Part shown: one piece after another, positions 9,856-14,404 of the stretch
Position numbering within the stretch: position 1 is the first letter of the stretch
Layout: each line of letters opens with the position of its first letter
From: Myxococcota bacterium
Lineage (GTDB): Bacteria > Myxococcota > SpSt-1050
Direction: 5' to 3'
DNA: 14,404 nt
Assembly (NCBI GenBank): GCA_049969675.1
Contig: JBMFOP010000040.1
Location: forward strand, 1 to 14,404
Translations under genes and position numbers: made by a program
Notes under the pieces: model-generated
Told to the model about the DNA's origin: nothing
Seen by the model: only the letters and a program-made list of their open reading frames with translations
Database searches by the model: none

Positions 9856-11568
9856 TTAGATTTCTACTTTTTGATTCCTCTCAACCCTGAGACCTATTTC
9901 ACCCATAAACTCCTCTGAATTGACAATCAACATTCCACCCTCCTCGATCTCAAAGAGAATCTTTGAGCCAGCCTTTATCCTTATCGGTTTATTAATCTGA
10001 ATCTTTGAGGCAAGCCGCTTATTCGGGGTGGCTGAATTGGAGACATAGTCATAGTCAAAATCTCCAAAAGGGTTTTTACAGATTATCTTTAATACTCCCC
10101 CCCTCTCTATTGTGATCCCTTTGTTTAAGATGAGGTATTCTTCATTGGCATCAAGGCACCCCCTTACAAAAAACAGAGTATTCTCCTCCATAGTAAGATT
10201 TCTAAGCCTGTGATTATCCCTTTCATCCAGTATAAAGGAGGGTGAGAGGTCTATGACCGAACTCTTATGAAATTTGCAGCTATTATCAAGGAGACTCTTA
10301 TAATATCTATTAAGTCCTTCAATGGTAGTGCCAATAGAATCAACACCTTTTACATTCTTGGTCGGCAGAAAAAAATCTTCTCTCTTAAGCCCTAAAATAT
10401 TTACCACACTCTTAGGTAGGACTGTAACTATATCCTGATTCAACCACTCAAGGGAGTTTGTAAGAATCTGCCTGTTTCTAACAATAATCTTCTTATTGCG
10501 ATAGATAATCGGTGAGAACTTCTTATCCACAATAGAGAGACCTGCTATATTAACATTGATGTGTCCACAGGAGTAGAGAAGGTCATTATTGCCATCTCTC
10601 AGATTCTTCTGTTCATCTCTTAAGAGATTGTATTCCACAACCCTATATCTGTCTAATTTACCATCAAGAGCCACCACACCTATCTTCTCCGAAGGCTCTG
10701 TCTTCTTAACAGCAGAGATAGTAAATTCAGAATTCCTTGCAAAGTGATAACCTATTCTGATAGGGTCAAAGAATCTCGCAAGTGGATTATCCACATTAAA
10801 CATCACAACTGCATCAACCCCTCTTATTATAAGTTCGTCTCTGAGATGACTCTCAATTAATGCCCTGAAGACACCACCATGCCCGTCTCCAGTGGTAATT
10901 ATCTTCTCACCATCAAAGATCATATCTCCTTCCTCATCAAGTCTCGGGTTCTCCCGCTGTCTGAGGAAAAATACAGCCCTTCTCATAAGTCCAAAATAAT
11001 TATTTGATTCAAAATAATCCCTGATATAACTCTCTGTGAGACCGCTCACCATCACAATAAGATTAATTATTGTCCTGTATTCATATTGCAATCTCAGGAG
11101 TTGTTCGGCAAATAGATGTATAAATGTAAAATACCCTGCTGGAGTAATAGGGATGAGTCCTTTGGGAAGATTGGGGTCATGGCCAATATCTATTCCAAAT
11201 GTATTTAGATAAAGACCTCTTAATTCAGGATACTGTTCTTTAAGCCTTGTTGCGGCGCCCCCGCTGAATATCAAAAATGCAACCCTGCCACCCCTTATCA
11301 TATCCACCCCAAGCCTTTTATATGAAATCTGTCCTTCATAATCATCTATCTGTGAGAACGATACCGGACTAATCTCATTAAAGTTAATCTGCTCTGTATC
11401 CAGTTTCATCAGATATCTCAGGAGATTCACATTGTCCAGATTCACCAACAGAAGGGATTTCAGAAATCTATCAACCTCTCCATCATCATCAAGATTGACA
11501 TATTTCTTTAGAACTCCATCAAGTGCTTTTTCTCTTAAGATATCAAATAGGTGTGAATTTCTTGCCAT
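9856..11568 (-). CDS. UTP--sugar-1-phosphate uridylyltransferase of the eukaryote-like UDPGP/UAP/USP (PF01704-type) family
   Basis: Nucleotide-binding loop GRVAFLIFSGGAATRL...PKG, and motifs GDGHGGVFRAL, FNVDNPL, KTEPSEKIGVV, VVEYN, GHINVN and FLPTKN. Beta-rich C-terminal extension. Starts 6 nt after the galK stop. Confidence 0.85.
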   Translation of the reverse strand: MARNSHLFDILREKALDGVLKKYVNLDDDGEVDRFLKSLLLVNLDNVNLLRYLMKLDTEQINFNEISPVSFSQIDDYEGQISYKRLGVDMIRGGRVAFLIFSGGAATRLKEQYPELRGLYLNTFGIDIGHDPNLPKGLIPITPAGYFTFIHLFAEQLLRLQYEYRTIINLIVMVSGLTESYIRDYFESNNYFGLMRRAVFFLRQRENPRLDEEGDMIFDGEKIITTGDGHGGVFRALIESHLRDELIIRGVDAVVMFNVDNPLARFFDPIRIGYHFARNSEFTISAVKKTEPSEKIGVVALDGKLDRYRVVEYNLLRDEQKNLRDGNNDLLYSCGHINVNIAGLSIVDKKFSPIIYRNKKIIVRNRQILTNSLEWLNQDIVTVLPKSVVNILGLKREDFFLPTKNVKGVDSIGTTIEGLNRYYKSLLDNSCKFHKSSVIDLSPSFILDERDNHRLRNLTMEENTLFFVRGCLDANEEYLILNKGITIERGGVLKIICKNPFGDFDYDYVSNSATPNKRLASKIQINKPIRIKAGSKILFEIEEGGMLIVNSEEFMGEIGLRVERNQKVEI

Positions 11569-11574
11569 AAGAAT

Positions 11575-12732
11575 CTATAACTTTATTGAGACAACTCCGT
11601 CTGATGGTTGACCTGCTATATATACCTCACACTCCGTATCAAATCTCTTCTTATACTCAGATTTAATAAAATCCGAATATTCTCTTTCAAAACCACTCTT
11701 GATAAGAGATACTGCACAACCGCCAAATCCGGCACCGGTCATTCGTGATGCAACTGCATTCTTATACTTATATGTCTTTTCAACAATTAGATTGAGTTCA
11801 TCACAGGAGACTTCATACTCCTTATCAAGACCTATATGCCCTTCAAGGAAGAGTCGCCCTATCCCTTCAAGATTAGAATTGTTTAGCATCTGAAATACTG
11901 CTTCAACCCTCTGCATCTCCTCAATCACATATTTCCCGCGCTTAAATATCGTATCACTCACCTCAGTTCTTACTTTATTTAGCATCTCCATATTGACATC
12001 CCGTAGCGCCCTGACATCCACATAATATTTCTTTATCGCATTTAGAAGCTCTCTACACTCAATCTGTCTCTTCTCATACTCTGATTTTGCCAGCTGTCTC
12101 TTAATCATAGTATTAACTACAACTATTGAGATTCCATCGGGCATATTACAATAATTCACAGAAAAATCCCTGCAATCAATCTTAACCACTTTCCTGTCTT
12201 TACCAAATACAATTGCCATCTGATCCATAATTCCACAGGGAACCCCTGCATAGTTATTCTCTGCTCTCTGGGCTATTTTTGCAATATCTCTTCTCTCAAT
12301 GTTGAGTCTGTATAATTGAGATATCAACTCTATTAATCCACAACAAAATGAAGCCGAACTGGAAAGTCCAGAACCAATCGGAAGATCCCCATCAATAACA
12401 AAATTTATCCCCTTTATAAAATGACCAGAATCTATTATTGAACGGCAGACTCCATATATGTATGCGCCGGTAGAGCCCTTTTCAAATACATTTGAGCCAT
12501 CAATATTCACCTTTACCTCTTTATCACTATTAAGGCTATAGCAATCAACCTCATAGTTATTAGAAGTTGCCCCGACAAAGATATTCTTGAGAGAGATTGC
12601 ACAGGGCAATACATTCCCCTCATGATAATCAATATGCTCTCCTATCAAATTCACCCTTCCAGGTGACGATACCAGGAATTGAGCCTTTGAATTGAATCTC
12701 TTTTCAAATTCCTCTATCAGATTTAAATACAT
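11575..12732 (-). CDS. galK: Galactokinase
   Basis: Galactokinase signature PGRVNLIGEHIDY, GHMP ATP loop PIGSGLSSSAS, AENNYAGVPCGIMDQ and RMTGAGFGGC. AAGGGAG SD upstream. Confidence 0.95.
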   Translation of the reverse strand: MYLNLIEEFEKRFNSKAQFLVSSPGRVNLIGEHIDYHEGNVLPCAISLKNIFVGATSNNYEVDCYSLNSDKEVKVNIDGSNVFEKGSTGAYIYGVCRSIIDSGHFIKGINFVIDGDLPIGSGLSSSASFCCGLIELISQLYRLNIERRDIAKIAQRAENNYAGVPCGIMDQMAIVFGKDRKVVKIDCRDFSVNYCNMPDGISIVVVNTMIKRQLAKSEYEKRQIECRELLNAIKKYYVDVRALRDVNMEMLNKVRTEVSDTIFKRGKYVIEEMQRVEAVFQMLNNSNLEGIGRLFLEGHIGLDKEYEVSCDELNLIVEKTYKYKNAVASRMTGAGFGGCAVSLIKSGFEREYSDFIKSEYKKRFDTECEVYIAGQPSDGVVSIKL

Positions 12733-12816
12733 AACTCTCCCTTTTAATCAGGCAGTATCTTCTTGTATACGGCATTATCTCAAATTGCAATAAAATATGT
12801 CCTTATCAATTCAGCC

Positions 12817-14403
12817 CTACGGATAGATATCAACTGATATTCCGTTCCAACCAGTTGAGCCACCACTTGAGCCACCAGTACCACCGGCTCCCCTTGAAAA
12901 GGTCACCGAATTTAGTGTTACATTTGAAGAACCATATTTCATAATACATACAGCCGGACCACCGCCGCCTCCACCTCCATAGCCACCATCTCCCCCTCTA
13001 CCACCTGCACCTCCACCTGCACCCATAGAGCCATCATCCTGCTCTCCATTTCCACCGTAATCACCACCAAGACCTCCAGCACCACCAGCACTCCCCATAC
13101 CTCCCACTCCTCCACTCCCACCATTCCCACCATTCTTCGTAGCAATAGTTGAATAACTGATATTTACAGTAGAATTTGAGAGATATATTCCGATAGAACC
13201 ACCACCACCACCTCCTCCGGTTCCACCATATCCTCCGCAACCTCCAGCCCCTCCACCTCCGCCAGAGCTTCCGTAGCTATCGCAGTCTATGGTTCCGCCG
13301 CCGCCACCACCACCACCTCCTCCTCCAGCGCCATGTGTTCCCTGTCCTCCATTTCCACCAGAATTGGATGCCACATATCCAGAGGCTGATAAAGAGCCAA
13401 GGGATAAGCCAGCGGTGCCATTTGAACCCATCGCGCCATCAGGACCCTTCTGCCCATATTGCCAGGAATATGGAGCGGCACTCCCTCTACAACATTCACT
13501 TCCACCTCCTCCGGCACCACCATTGCCAGAAGGTCCAATACCTGCCGACCCGCTTGAGCCCCAGTTGCCCCCATGACCTGCATCACCGCCTCTACCTCCA
13601 TGCATACCACAGACACTCGTTCCACCAGCCCCTCCGGGAGGTCTTGAACAGGTATCACAAAGACCACTTGAATCCTCACAACCCGGTGTTCCAGCCTTAC
13701 CATTCATTGTATTTGGATCATTCTGAGGGCCATTTGCCCCATTTGTTCCATTCAATCCATCTCCCCCCTTTCCACCTCTGATGGTGCACCTATTTATATA
13801 GATATTTGAAGAGTTCTGTAAAAATAGTCCGTATGAACTTGCGGATGCAGTAGTAGCATCAGCGGAATAGATATTGATGTGGTCTATATCTGTCCTCGTG
13901 CTAATATTTACGCCGGAAATACCATTTGCATTTGGATAAATATTGACAATATATGAATTTGACCTCTTCCATCCATTTGCCTTGGAATAACCTCCATAGA
14001 TTGAGACACCGGAGACGAGGGAAAATGTCTCATTGTAATTCCCTTCCGAGACAATCAGATACTTCGGTGGGCTATATGAAGACGCCAGTTGAATCCCTTT
14101 TGTAATAGTCCTGACAGGGGAGTTGATTGAGCCGTTGTTTGAATCAGAGCCAGAACTTATATCTACAAATATCGCCTTTGTCTTATCCCCATCTATACCA
14201 TCACAATTGGCATCTATAAAACTATCATCTGGCAAATCATCGGTCAACAACAGCTCACATCCATTGTTCCAATCTCCGTCACAGTTTGCATAATCAGAGA
14301 TACACTGGCAATTCCCATTCACACACTGAGCATTCTGACCACATCTCTTCCCACACAATCCACAATTGTTTACATCATTTGAGAGATTTATCTCACAACC
14401 ATC
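12817..14403 (-). CDS. Large extracellular protein, 5'-truncated by the window: Cys-rich repeats, DUF1565-like/beta-helix region, PGRS-like Gly-rich C-terminal half
   Basis: The frame stays open to the window edge (DGCEINLSNDVNNCGLCGKRC...), so the TTG at 14358 is not the real start. It contains ANCDGDWNNGCE, DANCDGIDGD, AIFVDISSGSDSNNGSINSPVRTITKGI and long GGxGGx tracts. Confidence 0.85.
   Translation of the reverse strand, partial: DGCEINLSNDVNNCGLCGKRCGQNAQCVNGNCQCISDYANCDGDWNNGCELLLTDDLPDDSFIDANCDGIDGDKTKAIFVDISSGSDSNNGSINSPVRTITKGIQLASSYSPPKYLIVSEGNYNETFSLVSGVSIYGGYSKANGWKRSNSYIVNIYPNANGISGVNISTRTDIDHINIYSADATTASASSYGLFLQNSSNIYINRCTIRGGKGGDGLNGTNGANGPQNDPNTMNGKAGTPGCEDSSGLCDTCSRPPGGAGGTSVCGMHGGRGGDAGHGGNWGSSGSAGIGPSGNGGAGGGGSECCRGSAAPYSWQYGQKGPDGAMGSNGTAGLSLGSLSASGYVASNSGGNGGQGTHGAGGGGGGGGGGGTIDCDSYGSSGGGGGAGGCGGYGGTGGGGGGGSIGIYLSNSTVNISYSTIATKNGGNGGSGGVGGMGSAGGAGGLGGDYGGNGEQDDGSMGAGGGAGGRGGDGGYGGGGGGGPAVCIMKYGSSNVTLNSVTFSRGAGGTGGSSGGSTGWNGISVDIYP
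13295..13326. repeat. Low-complexity CCN trinucleotide run (poly-Gly codons on the minus strand)
   Basis: The sequence ccgccgccgccaccaccaccacctcctcctcc encodes the run of about 11 Gly in the Gly-rich protein. Confidence 0.7.
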
Positions 14404-14404
14404 A

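Noticed and set aside
10523..10795. Two perfect DnaA boxes (TTATCCACA at 10523-10531 and 10787-10795) suggesting oriC or datA
   Set aside because: Both are inside the uridylyltransferase CDS and correspond to Val-Asp-Lys/Asn codons, one of them in the conserved VDN motif. There is no intergenic cluster or unwinding element.
11699..13781. ORFs 11699-11893, 12939-13145, 13287-13703, 13289-13576 (poly-Pro) and 13335-13781 (His-rich)
   Set aside because: They are alternative-frame or antisense products of galK and of the GGN-rich Gly codons.
12850..13790. Locally higher GC as a sign of horizontal transfer
   Set aside because: It is accounted for by Gly/Ala codons. Third positions remain largely A/T and there are no mobility genes or flanking repeats.

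Overview
This is an AT-rich bacterial chromosomal segment, most likely from a Myxococcota/deltaproteobacterial lineage. That assignment is inferred from the parB-bactofilin linkage, a GGCGC-type C-terminal tail, and a Cys-repeat/Gly-rich surface protein. All eleven credible protein genes lie on the minus strand. From right to left they encode: a 5'-truncated Cys-repeat/PGRS-like Gly-rich protein, GalK, a UDPGP-family (PF01704-type) uridylyltransferase, an NSS/SNF-family transporter, NAD-dependent DNA ligase LigA, a probable outer-membrane beta-barrel, a secreted PHP-type metallohydrolase, a GAF-GGDEF diguanylate cyclase, a 60-aa small protein, ParB, and a BacM-like bactofilin. A tRNA-Arg(TCT)/tRNA-His(GTG) pair sits on the plus strand. 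No mobile element or CRISPR array is evident. Five points stand out. (1) The bactofilin gene has two separately SD-equipped starts that would give two N-terminal isoforms. (2) parB has no adjacent parA, and a Cse60-like mini-protein occupies that slot. (3) galK is coupled to a eukaryote-like UDP-sugar pyrophosphorylase rather than galT. (4) The PHP enzyme ends in a GGCGC sorting-like tail with no TM helix. (5) A 24-bp palindromic tandem repeat carrying parS half-sites lies at the left edge, reached by a chain of SD-led mini-ORFs. All family assignments come from motif recognition by eye; no database search was run.
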